A DNA stretch of 64,000 nucleotides from contig JAKPPT010000092.1 in assembly GCA_029547205.1 (NCBI GenBank), positions 24,626 to 88,625 on the forward strand, written 5' to 3'. A model generated the notes under the pieces. The model ran no database searches, was not told where the DNA came from, and was given only the letters and a program-made list of their open reading frames with translations. Numbering within the stretch: position 1 is the first letter of the stretch; each line of letters opens with the position of its first letter. Origin of the DNA: Spirochaetota bacterium (GTDB taxonomy: Bacteria > Spirochaetota > Spirochaetia > Treponematales > UBA12059). Below, in pieces: positions 10,091-19,573 of this stretch. Made by a program: the position numbers and the translations under genes.

Positions 10091-10963
10091 TTAATCCCAC
10101 CACACTCTTCCCACATGGTCAGGCTTAAAACCAGATGAGCCATGCCGAATTACAGCACCGGTCCTCAGTTTAAGTCCCATCGAAGAAAGTGATTTTTCTA
10201 GTATTCGGAGGGTCTGTCCCGAAGCACTGTCTTCATCAAATACAAGTACATCAGCATTCTTAAAATGTTCTAAGTAAGTGCGATCGTACTCAGTGATAAC
10301 AGGCCCCGTATCCTTGCGCTTAAACATGCTAAATCGGAGGAACCATAATGGTGCGTCTAAATACAAAGCCAAAACAAGCCCTGCCATAAGAGCACCATGA
10401 GCTGCACCAATAATAAGTGATGGACGACCTTTGCTCATTATTGAATCAGCTAATTTTTTGATCAATTCAGGATTCGAACCCTTCCAGGTGTATGCATCGG
10501 GTTGTGATGTATACACAAAATTGGTGATGATATCCGGTACCTGCTTCTTAAAATGTTCTAGTTTACTCTGTACCGTATCTGACAGAGCATACAATGCTAA
10601 AGCCAGTTCTATGGAATTTATAAAAAGCTGTTCTCCGGCTTTAATAAATTCATTGGAATACCGCTGCGGACATGGTTTATCGGGTACCTCAAAATATTGT
10701 GTAGGATGAAGCGGCAATTGATAATACAGACATATTTTATAGTTGAGCGCAACATTGATAATACCTGGCACCAGAATATATAACAATCGAGCCCATACAG
10801 AGACATTTTCGCAATTATGCACAGTGCCACCGTGCTGTACATCATGTTTTAGTGCACAGTACAGCTTTTCACACATATTGAGCAGTTCATTGTATGGAAG
10901 TTCTACTTCCATTTCTTGAGGAGGCTTATCCCAGGTTTCATGCAATAATTCCATGAGAATCAT
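10091..10963 (-). CDS. Phosphoribosyltransferase-domain protein (function unknown)
   Basis: 290 aa. The C-terminal DVLVFDEDSASGQTL resembles the PRPP-binding loop of type I PRTases. Confidence 0.45.
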   Translation of the reverse strand: MILMELLHETWDKPPQEMEVELPYNELLNMCEKLYCALKHDVQHGGTVHNCENVSVWARLLYILVPGIINVALNYKICLYYQLPLHPTQYFEVPDKPCPQRYSNEFIKAGEQLFINSIELALALYALSDTVQSKLEHFKKQVPDIITNFVYTSQPDAYTWKGSNPELIKKLADSIMSKGRPSLIIGAAHGALMAGLVLALYLDAPLWFLRFSMFKRKDTGPVITEYDRTYLEHFKNADVLVFDEDSASGQTLRILEKSLSSMGLKLRTGAVIRHGSSGFKPDHVGRVWWD

Positions 10964-11084
10964 AGGCTCTCAACTAACTATAAAAAATCTCAGTTCGTTA
11001 CACAAGACTACTTGCAGACTATACTATCACCTTACTCTTCACTGATAATAGCAATTTTTATGATTTTGTTATATTATTGCTTCT

Positions 11085-11513
11085 ATGAACCAGGTAATAG
11101 AAATAATTATTTATTCTATTTTAGCAGCCATTTTTTTAAGTCTTTTTTATTTTCTGCTTATCAATCCTATATTGCGAAAAAAAGAATATAAACACTCAAA
11201 GTATCATAAAGACCAGCACGGAATCAGTCACAAAAAACAGGGAGATACAGTGCGTACCTGCCCTGTCTGCAATGAACCACTTGAAACAGGTATGCGAATC
11301 CATTCTAAACTGGTAAAACCATCGAACAAAGAAAGCTATATGCACATTTATGGCTGCCCATACTGCTGGCCAGAAAACACTGCACACCAGCGTGTCTGTC
11401 CCGTCTGTCATAAAACTGTCCCTAAAGGCGGATTCCTCGTTGCCCGCTACTATGAAAAATTAGGTACAAAACACGTCCATGTCATTGGCTGTTCTGGATG
11501 CAGGAGAGCATGA
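11085..11513 (+). CDS. Membrane-anchored zinc-ribbon protein (hypothetical)
   Basis: 142 aa. N-terminal TM helix. Cys pairs CPVC...CPYC...CPVC...CSGC. Confidence 0.45.
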   Translation: MNQVIEIIIYSILAAIFLSLFYFLLINPILRKKEYKHSKYHKDQHGISHKKQGDTVRTCPVCNEPLETGMRIHSKLVKPSNKESYMHIYGCPYCWPENTAHQRVCPVCHKTVPKGGFLVARYYEKLGTKHVHVIGCSGCRRA

Positions 11514-12361
11514 GCGCGCTCTACTATCATGAGTTCAGTTCTTTTCCACACTGGGTTCAAGAAAGCGCACTGTTTATCTACAATAGTATCAAAACCGCAT
11601 ATGAGTTCCAGAATCAACCTATCGTATGCCTTGCCGGTGGAAATACACCAATTCCGGTGTACCGTGCGCTAACCAACCTGCTTAGTGCGCTTCCAGCAGA
11701 TTTTGCAGTGCCATCAGTGTCAGGTACCTCATCAGTGCCATCAGGGTTCGATACCACCGATGAACCAATTACAACACGAAAACCGCTGCTCATTATTCCA
11801 GGTGACGAACGAATAACAGGTACATCTCATCTGCAATGCAGCAATCGCAATGAATCGATGCTGAGAGAGGTATTCCATACACTCCTCAGCTCCAGACAAG
11901 CTGAACTAATTTCCTGGTATAAGGAATATTACACAAGCTCATATTATGAACGCAACTCAATCAATACTGAAACTGTAGCTTTAAGCACCACTCAAAACAC
12001 ATCACAAATTTGCATACATATGAACGACTATATCACCAGACTTAAGCAGGTTCGCGGTCCGCTCTTTGATTGCGTTGTACTCGGTGTTGGTGCTGATGGT
12101 CATATAGCTGGTATTTTTGACGCAAATGCAAGAACAATAGAAGAAGAAAAATCGGTTTCGGCGCTTTTTACTGCACCAGCAGAACCGCGACAGAGGGTGA
12201 GCTTACTACCTCACATTTTGAGGGACAGTTCTGCTACGCTTGTACTAGTGCAAGCACGCGGGAAAGAAGTAGTCATTAAATCCATACTCGAAGGGACACA
12301 CTACCTCATCAATAAGTCTATATGCCAGAATGCAGTACTATACTGCTATACTGGTAATTGA
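11510..12361 (+). CDS. pgl: 6-phosphogluconolactonase / NagB-family sugar-phosphate isomerase-like
   Basis: Motifs GGNTP, GDER...SN and LGVGADGHIAGIF. An ATGA overlap with the upstream stop suggests a start at 11510; the track gives 11498. Confidence 0.65.
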   Translation: MSALYYHEFSSFPHWVQESALFIYNSIKTAYEFQNQPIVCLAGGNTPIPVYRALTNLLSALPADFAVPSVSGTSSVPSGFDTTDEPITTRKPLLIIPGDERITGTSHLQCSNRNESMLREVFHTLLSSRQAELISWYKEYYTSSYYERNSINTETVALSTTQNTSQICIHMNDYITRLKQVRGPLFDCVVLGVGADGHIAGIFDANARTIEEEKSVSALFTAPAEPRQRVSLLPHILRDSSATLVLVQARGKEVVIKSILEGTHYLINKSICQNAVLYCYTGN

Positions 12362-12526
12362 TACAACCAATAATTAGTGTCATGAAGCATGTGCAAAAGA
12401 GTAGTTCCACATTTTTTAAGACATGTAACTTTTACCCGGACATCAAAACAGAATCACGTAGGAGGCGGGCTTACACCCGCTGACCTCTCACACCACAGAA
12501 CCTACGAAAATCAAAACAGAAAAAAA

Positions 12527-12554
12527 GAAAGCGGCTTCGCATGAAACCGCTTTC
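12527..12554. terminator. Hairpin between convergent genes (GAAAGCGG-N12-CCGCTTTC)
   Basis: 8-bp inverted repeat flanked by A- and T-runs, lying between the pgl stop and the stop of the ATPase gene. Confidence 0.5.
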
Positions 12555-12587
12555 AAAACTAAGGAGGTTTTTATGAAGAAACGTCGC

Positions 12588-13289
12588 TTATTCGTCTGCA
12601 ATGAGCAGTGTTCGCACATCTAATCTAATCTGTAAATCAGTCGGATTAAGCCTTTCGTGGTCCTTTACAACAACAAAGTGAATATGATCAGGCTTTGGTT
12701 CTAACACAATGAGTACTGCAATATCGTCGATAAAATCCCTGAGCATAATAGGGAAATTATTTTTATCGTATAAAGGCTCTTCTCCTTCGAGTGTACAGGA
12801 ATACCATATTTCAAGCGCATGTTTTTTTGCAAAATCCGCCATTCTTTTTAGATCAGACGGATTAGCACGAGCAAAATCATATCCATCAATTATTACAGCT
12901 GAAGCTTTGATATCCGCATTAAGAAGCCCTTCGAGAGATGATATTATCTGTTCAACCTTGAGGGATGTCTGATTAAGGTTGAGTATAACCCGGTTGCGTA
13001 TCGCTTCATCATGCACATCCTTGTAATGATCAAGGTTTTTTCGTTTTGCTACTTCTGTAAAAATGTTGTCGTACCAGGCATGGACATAACTCGTATGCGT
13101 GGTAAATGAAACATGAATAATCTTTTCATTCTTCATGAGCTTATCAAGCGCAATCTGAACGAGCACACTCGTTTTTCCAATACCTTTTTTACTGGCAATG
13201 ATGCCTATATTTCCTGCCTTTAGCCCACCAGCTATACCCTTTTCCAGAATTCTAACCGGACTCCGTGCTATTAGCTCCTCTTTAATCAT
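12588..13289 (-). CDS. RecA-superfamily (KaiC/DnaB-C-like) ATPase, stand-alone
   Basis: Walker A-like SKKGIGKTS. ATG 13289 is preceded by GAAGGAG; the track start at 13349 is TTG. Confidence 0.5.
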   Translation of the reverse strand: MIKEELIARSPVRILEKGIAGGLKAGNIGIIASKKGIGKTSVLVQIALDKLMKNEKIIHVSFTTHTSYVHAWYDNIFTEVAKRKNLDHYKDVHDEAIRNRVILNLNQTSLKVEQIISSLEGLLNADIKASAVIIDGYDFARANPSDLKRMADFAKKHALEIWYSCTLEGEEPLYDKNNFPIMLRDFIDDIAVLIVLEPKPDHIHFVVVKDHERLNPTDLQIRLDVRTLLIADE

Positions 13290-13362
13290 GGAAACTCCTT
13301 CAAATAAGTCTTCAATTTTAATAGTAAAACTATACCAGCTATTTGGCAATAATTAAAATAAT

Positions 13363-15453
13363 TTATTTAGCCAGCTGATCTTTTTTCTTTTCCTGGAAAT
13401 CCTTTATAAGCTGCTCCGACACATTGTTGGGCACTTTTGCGTATTTAAGAAATTCCATAGAGAACTCAGCCTTACCCTGCGTAAGAGAACGCAGTACCGT
13501 TGAATAACCAAACATTTCCGAAAGAGGAACTTCTGCTTCGACACGGCAGAATGCATCTTCCTCGGTGCTAGCAACGATAATGCCGCGTCGCTGGTTGATG
13601 CTGCCAAAGATATTTCCCTGGAACTCGGTCGGTCCCTCGACAACAACCTTCATGATTGGTTCAAGAATTATTGGTTTTGCTTTTGGATATGCTTCCCTAA
13701 AAGCGCCAATTGCTGCAAGCTGGAATGCTATATCCGATGAGTCTACCGGGTGGCTCTGTCCATCATTAATGGTTACACGAACATTAACAATCGGGAAGCC
13801 GATGAGCGTGCCTTTTTTAATTGCCTCCTGGAAGCCCTTATCACAGCTTGGAATGAACTCATTGGGAATAGCGCCTCCCTTAATTGAATCCACAAATTCG
13901 TACAGCTTATCTTCACAGGGTTCAATAAAACCAGCAACACGTCCATATTGACCAGAACCACCTGTCTGTTTTTTGTGGGTATAGTTAAACTCTGCACGTT
14001 GAGAAATAGTTTCTCGATACGCTACCTGCGGCATACCTGTTTCTACTTCACACTTATACTCACGTTTCATGCGCTCGATGTACACATCAAGGTGAAGTTC
14101 GCCCATACCCTGAATAATGGTTTGGTTCGATTCAGGATCCACAAAGGTTCTGAAAGTAGGATCTTCTTTTGTAAATCGATTGAGTGCTTTTGAAAGTTGA
14201 TCTGCACTCTTTTTGTCTTTTGGGTTTATGGCAAGTGATATAACAGGATCAGGTACAAACATGCTCGTCATTGCATAGTTAATGCTCGGATCACAGAATG
14301 TATCACCAGATGCACATTCAATACCAAACAAGGCAACAATGTCCCCTGGATAGCCCTCAGAAATATCTTCCATTGAGGAAGCATGCATGCGCACAAGACG
14401 TCCAATCTTAAAACGCTTTCTTGCACGGGTATTTAATAGTTCATCACCCTTCTTGATACCACCCTGATAGATGCGGATGTAGGTGAGCTGTCCATACTGA
14501 CCATCTTCCAGCTTAAGCGCGAGCGCTACTGTTGGCTTATCGCCAGATGCTTCAAGTTTTACAGGCTGTTCGTTTGCATCAAGGTTGAGTGCAACATTTT
14601 CCCTATCATTTGGTGCTGGCAGGTAGTGCGTAACACCATCGAGGAGCAGCTGTACACCTTTATTCTTATAAGCAGAACCAACAAAAATAGGAGCAAATTT
14701 AAGCTGAATTGTTCCTGTACGAATTGCACTACGTATCATATCTGGAGTAACCGTACCCTCAAGATATGCTTCTGCAAGTTCATCAGAGAACATTGAAACG
14801 GCGTCTACAAGTTCTTCATGATACCGCTTAGCATCATCAAGGAGATGTGCCGGAATCTCAGCAAAACGCAACTCTTCACCACCAGGACCATCGAAATACA
14901 CTGCTTTCATATCAACAAGATCGATAATACCTTCAAGCTTATCTTCGAGACCAATTGGCAATGTTACGAATGCTGCATTAAGACCAAGCTTTTCGGTGAT
15001 TTGTGATTTAACTTTATAAGGATTTGCTCCAGTACGATCACACTTATTGATAAAGATAAGACGGGGTACATTATACCGTTTGAGCTGTCTATCTACAGTT
15101 AAAGTTTGGGACTGAACGCCGCCAACAGAACACAAAACTAAAATTGCGCCGTCCAAAACACGGAGCGCGCGTTCAACTTCAATGGTAAAATCCACGTGGC
15201 CTGGAGTATCAATGAGATTTATTGTGTAATCTTTCCACTGTACATTCGTTGCTGCTGACTGAATGGTAATGCCTCGTTCCCGTTCCAGTTCCATGGAATC
15301 CATTGTAGCACCAACACCATCTTTACCTTTAACTTCATGAATCGCATGTATTTTGCGGCAATAAAAAAGAATGCGCTCAGAAAGTGTTGTCTTTCCTGAG
15401 TCAATGTGAGCGCTAATACCTATGTTCCGCATTTTACTGATATCAAATGCCAT
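13363..15453 (-). CDS. fusA: Elongation factor G
   Basis: 696 aa with [17 protein letters not shown] and NKCD G-motifs. Full EF-G domain order. Confidence 0.95.
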   Translation of the reverse strand: MAFDISKMRNIGISAHIDSGKTTLSERILFYCRKIHAIHEVKGKDGVGATMDSMELERERGITIQSAATNVQWKDYTINLIDTPGHVDFTIEVERALRVLDGAILVLCSVGGVQSQTLTVDRQLKRYNVPRLIFINKCDRTGANPYKVKSQITEKLGLNAAFVTLPIGLEDKLEGIIDLVDMKAVYFDGPGGEELRFAEIPAHLLDDAKRYHEELVDAVSMFSDELAEAYLEGTVTPDMIRSAIRTGTIQLKFAPIFVGSAYKNKGVQLLLDGVTHYLPAPNDRENVALNLDANEQPVKLEASGDKPTVALALKLEDGQYGQLTYIRIYQGGIKKGDELLNTRARKRFKIGRLVRMHASSMEDISEGYPGDIVALFGIECASGDTFCDPSINYAMTSMFVPDPVISLAINPKDKKSADQLSKALNRFTKEDPTFRTFVDPESNQTIIQGMGELHLDVYIERMKREYKCEVETGMPQVAYRETISQRAEFNYTHKKQTGGSGQYGRVAGFIEPCEDKLYEFVDSIKGGAIPNEFIPSCDKGFQEAIKKGTLIGFPIVNVRVTINDGQSHPVDSSDIAFQLAAIGAFREAYPKAKPIILEPIMKVVVEGPTEFQGNIFGSINQRRGIIVASTEEDAFCRVEAEVPLSEMFGYSTVLRSLTQGKAEFSMEFLKYAKVPNNVSEQLIKDFQEKKKDQLAK

Positions 15454-15715
15454 CGTCTTTGTTCATCCTCAATCTTCAAATATAACAGGCATTACATGCC
15501 TGTACTGTAGGGGTACAATATAGTATTTTTTTCTAAAATATTCAAGTATATAGCAATATTTTCTCTATGGTTTACTATAAACGTAGCCTTTCTTAGCCAC
15601 GAGCAGTGTTAAAGCAGTGTACACAACGAAACCAATACTTGCATATTCGTTACTATCACGCCATACGAAGCGTTTATTTCATTTATTAAAACTATATTGC
15701 TTATAGTAAAATACT

Positions 15716-15744
15716 TTGACGAAACAGTAAAAAAACTATACAAT
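15716..15744 (+). promoter_or_regulatory. Sigma-70-like promoter (TTGACG-17 nt-TACAAT)
   Basis: Read directly from the sequence. It lies ~40 nt upstream of the lyase gene's RBS (GAAGGAG). Confidence 0.45.
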
Positions 15745-15785
15745 AGAGCAGCCTAAATCTATTCAAAGATACGAAGGAGTGATCA

Positions 15786-17183
15786 ATGCAGCTGCCAATT
15801 CCCGAACCATATCGCATAAAAATGGTTGAACCTATCTACCCTTCAACACGCAAAGAACGTGAACAGTGGATACGAGAAGCAAAATATAATCTTTTTAACC
15901 TACGGTCCGAACAGGTTATCATCGATTTGTTAACGGACTCTGGAACAGGCGCTATGTCGAGCGCACAATGGGCAGAAATCATGCTTGGCGATGAAAGCTA
16001 TGCGGGAGCAAGTTCATACTACAAGCTCAAACAAACCATAAAAGATATATTTGGATTCGATTATTTTTTACCTACACACCAGGGGCGGGCAGCTGAAAAT
16101 GTGCTTTTTAGTACATTAATTGGTGTTGGAAACGCAGGTGTCGGGAAACTGGTACCAGGCAACAGTCATTTTGACACGACCAAAGGACACATTGAATTTC
16201 GGGGAGCACATGCTATTGATTGTACCATTAATGAAGCTTTTGACACACAGGTCGAGCATCCATTTAAGGGCAATGTTGATCTTGAAAAGCTGGAAAAAGT
16301 TTTTAAGACATATCCGCGAGAACAAATACCTGTCTGTATGCTTACTATTACCTGCAACAGTTCCGGAGGACAGCCCGTCAGCATGGAAAATGTAAAGGCG
16401 GTATCTGGTCTCTGCAAAAAGTATAAAGTTCCGCTCTATATCGATTCCGCTCGTTTTGCTGAAAATGCTTATTTTATCAAAATACGTGAACCTGGTTATC
16501 AAAATAAGACGATTCCTGAAATTGTCAGAGAACTCTACAGCTATGCAGATGGCATGACCATGTCGAGTAAAAAGGATGGTATCGTTAATATTGGTGGTTT
16601 TATTGGTTTCCGAGATGAAGAAACATTTAAAAAAGCAAGTACCTTTAACATAATGTTTGAAGGTTTTAATACGTATGGCGGTATGGCAGGAAGAGATATG
16701 GGAGCACTATCAGTTGGGCTCCGCGAAGCTACTCAATTTGAATACCTGGAATCCCGCATCAATCAAGTTGCTTATTTAGGTAAAAAGTTAACCGATGCTG
16801 GCATCGTAGTTCAGAGACCATACGGTGGTCACGCAATCTTTGTCGATGCAAAACGATTTTTCCCCAATGTGCCCAAAGAAGAATTCATCGCCCAAACACT
16901 CGGCATTGAGCTTTACAAAGAAGGTGGTATCCGCGGAGTGGAAATTGGTACGCTGCTTGCCGACCGTGATCCGGAAACGAGGCAGGAACGGTACCCAGCA
17001 TTAGAGCTATTGCGGCTTGCTATCCCTCGACGAACCTATACCAACGCACATATGGACTATGTAGCAGCAGCGCTTATCAATCTTAAAGAACGGAGTGCTG
17101 AGATTAAACATGGCTACCGCATCATCCGAGAGGCACCGATTATGCGGCACTTTACAGTTGAGTTAGAACCGGTGCAGCAGTAA
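15786..17183 (+). CDS. Beta-eliminating lyase: tryptophanase / tyrosine phenol-lyase family
   Basis: 465 aa. DLLTDSGTGAMS, PTHQGRAAE and the PLP-lysine motif SSKKDGIVNIGG. I cannot separate TnaA from TPL by eye. Confidence 0.85.
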   Translation: MQLPIPEPYRIKMVEPIYPSTRKEREQWIREAKYNLFNLRSEQVIIDLLTDSGTGAMSSAQWAEIMLGDESYAGASSYYKLKQTIKDIFGFDYFLPTHQGRAAENVLFSTLIGVGNAGVGKLVPGNSHFDTTKGHIEFRGAHAIDCTINEAFDTQVEHPFKGNVDLEKLEKVFKTYPREQIPVCMLTITCNSSGGQPVSMENVKAVSGLCKKYKVPLYIDSARFAENAYFIKIREPGYQNKTIPEIVRELYSYADGMTMSSKKDGIVNIGGFIGFRDEETFKKASTFNIMFEGFNTYGGMAGRDMGALSVGLREATQFEYLESRINQVAYLGKKLTDAGIVVQRPYGGHAIFVDAKRFFPNVPKEEFIAQTLGIELYKEGGIRGVEIGTLLADRDPETRQERYPALELLRLAIPRRTYTNAHMDYVAAALINLKERSAEIKHGYRIIREAPIMRHFTVELEPVQQ

Positions 17184-17236
17184 TAAACCATAATTAGTGT
17201 CACCAGGCTGCATTTACACAGTCTTCGCAGCACTAT

Positions 17237-18595
17237 CTATGGCTGAATATCACACATAATTCGATTGCGGCCAGCTTCTTTTGCTTTATAGAGAAGCTGG
17301 TCAGCCTTTTGGATGAACATTTCTAAACTGTGTGTATCATCTAGACAGTGCCAGTCTAATACTTCGATTGCAGTCACTCCAATCGAAACTGTTATATATG
17401 GTAAAACCGGAGAGTTTCGGTTTGGGATTTCCATTGCCCTAATAGATTCCTGTATTCGCTGCGCTACGGTGAGCGCACCATTTGCTTTTGTATTTCCCAA
17501 AAAAAGAATAAATTCTTCTCCGCCATACCGAGCAGCTATATCAGCAGGACGTCGCGCAGACTGATTGATTACGTCTGCAACCTTAATGAGTACCTCATCA
17601 CCTGCGGGGTGACCATACGTATCATTAAAAATCTTAAAATGATCGATGTCTATCATAAGTATTGAAACTGATAGACAATTGCGCAGTGAATTAGCCCATT
17701 CACGCTGTGCTAATTCTTTGAAACCTCTGCGATTATACAGCCCTGTCAGCGCATCTTTAATAGCCAGTTCTGAAAGCTCCCTGAGCTTTAATTCTTTTTC
17801 AGAAATATCAGTGAGCGCAGCCACCATACCGCTGCATTTTTGACCATCTTTTTCATAAGGAGAACATTGCATTGACATAAGTACCGGTTCATGACCAGGA
17901 ACAAGCATTCTGGCTTCTATTGTAAATGAATCTGATTGCTTTTCTTTATGGTAGATAAATTGCTCTTTAACTGCATCAATATTTTCTTTTTCTATCAAAT
18001 CAAAAATACTCATGCCAACAAAAGAGCTTTTAGTCTCATCAGAAAAAAACCTGTAAAACGCATTATTGTAACCAGCAATAATCAAATTGCAGTCTGTATA
18101 AAACACCGGAGCACTCAAGGTATTAATAAGCTGATACACAAAATCCCGTTCTTCTTTAGCCTGCTGCAGTGCGTGTTTTAGCAGAGTAATATATGTTGAC
18201 GCTCCAATTATTCGTACTACTTTTCCTTCGTTATTTTTTATAGGAGTGAGCCGTGTAACCCAGTCAGTCATTTTCCCTTCAAAGGGAATCGATTCTTCAT
18301 ACTCTATTGTTTTCCCGGCTAAAACACAATTAATATAATTTCTTTCTACCTGTGCCGCTATTTCTTCCGGCACAAATTCATGGGCAGTTTTTCCTTTAAC
18401 CAAATCAGACTTTAAACCCGTAAGCCGTTCATGCGCTGGATTGAGCCCTTCAAAAACAAACCTGGAATCGTTTTCAACGCGAATCATGAAAATAGCAGTA
18501 TCAATAGTATTATAAACAGTTTCAAAAGAATATTTACATTCTTCGAGTTCCCGTTGTAATTGTTCTACCTTGTTTGTGTTGCTTTTACCGCTCAT
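17237..18595 (-). CDS. PAS-domain diguanylate cyclase (GGDEF)
   Basis: 452 aa. Two PAS-like segments. GGEEF active site with an RxxD I-site (RRPAD) just upstream. Confidence 0.85.
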   Translation of the reverse strand: MSGKSNTNKVEQLQRELEECKYSFETVYNTIDTAIFMIRVENDSRFVFEGLNPAHERLTGLKSDLVKGKTAHEFVPEEIAAQVERNYINCVLAGKTIEYEESIPFEGKMTDWVTRLTPIKNNEGKVVRIIGASTYITLLKHALQQAKEERDFVYQLINTLSAPVFYTDCNLIIAGYNNAFYRFFSDETKSSFVGMSIFDLIEKENIDAVKEQFIYHKEKQSDSFTIEARMLVPGHEPVLMSMQCSPYEKDGQKCSGMVAALTDISEKELKLRELSELAIKDALTGLYNRRGFKELAQREWANSLRNCLSVSILMIDIDHFKIFNDTYGHPAGDEVLIKVADVINQSARRPADIAARYGGEEFILFLGNTKANGALTVAQRIQESIRAMEIPNRNSPVLPYITVSIGVTAIEVLDWHCLDDTHSLEMFIQKADQLLYKAKEAGRNRIMCDIQP

Positions 18596-18733
18596 TCTGC
18601 GACTCCAATGTCTCTAGTATAATACTAAATAATTAAAAAATCGACACCATACATAGCAACTTATAGTTTTTTAGCATCGATAACTATGACATTGGTTATA
18701 TTTACATTTCAAGCAACGTAATACGTTCAAAGC

Positions 18734-18772
18734 ATGACCAGGTATTCATAGTTTACATGGGTACCTGGTCAT
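18734..18772. repeat. Inverted pair of repeat-family variants (ATGACCAGGTA-17 nt-TACCTGGTCAT)
   Basis: Perfect 11-bp arms. The core CCAGGTAT/ATACCTGG is shared with the main 13-mer family. Confidence 0.6.
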
Positions 18773-18785
18773 CAATTTTATTTAG

Positions 18786-19571
18786 TTACATATTTTTCCA
18801 AAATTTATAGTATTTGCGTTCGACTTCTTCAAGCGGCAGCAACGGATAAAACTTAGTATCAGCATGAGAAGCAAACATAAATCCATGTCTGAGGTATTTG
18901 TATGAAATCCTATCAATAGGACAATCGAGCGAAATACCTTTTGTATTTTTTCCAGGCTTGCTCCGTACTTCAAAAATAGCTTCCCGAAGGCGAGCTGGGT
19001 GAATTCCAGGAACAAAACTGCGTATAAATGGATTTTCCTGAAATTCTTTTAAGAAATCTTCTACATTGAACTCAAGCTGAGTGTAAAACATTTTTGGTGC
19101 ACCTTTAGGCATTTTGGGGTCGGTAATAAAACGAGCGTATTCAAGGAAGTTATATTTTGTTAACACCATCATTTTAATTGGATTTAGTTCTAGAATTATG
19201 CGCATTTCATCACCACGGATTGATGGATCATTATCGTTTGCTGTTAGCTCAACATAATCCCCCAGTGAATTAGCATAGTATAGTTTTCCTAAAGCTTTAA
19301 AATCGATATGCTCGAGCGTTCGATAGCTTGAAACAAACTTTGTGGCTTTAGGGCGACCATCCTCATGAGGGACAAGCTCTGCCATCGCACCGTCGATATT
19401 AAAGTACGGATGGCGGAAATCCGGATCAACCTCTACAAAAATAAGTCTTCCTTCAAAATATCGGGTAGAACCTTGTGTATAGTGTTTAGCAAAATGTTCT
19501 GGATCAAGCTGGCTTGCAATAAGCGAGTGGTTCGGATGTAAAACCATGTACAAATGTTTTTCGTTACTCAT
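18786..19571 (-). CDS. Conserved hypothetical protein, immediately downstream of hppA
   Basis: Intact ORF. ATG 19571 lies 2 nt after the hppA stop. No motif recognised. Confidence 0.5.
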   Translation of the reverse strand: MSNEKHLYMVLHPNHSLIASQLDPEHFAKHYTQGSTRYFEGRLIFVEVDPDFRHPYFNIDGAMAELVPHEDGRPKATKFVSSYRTLEHIDFKALGKLYYANSLGDYVELTANDNDPSIRGDEMRIILELNPIKMMVLTKYNFLEYARFITDPKMPKGAPKMFYTQLEFNVEDFLKEFQENPFIRSFVPGIHPARLREAIFEVRSKPGKNTKGISLDCPIDRISYKYLRHGFMFASHADTKFYPLLPLEEVERKYYKFWKNM

Positions 19572-19573
19572 AT

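Noticed and set aside
13404-15404. Antisense and alternative-frame ORFs inside fusA, and similar ones inside most long genes
   Set aside because: They are shadow ORFs of strongly supported genes and have no independent evidence.
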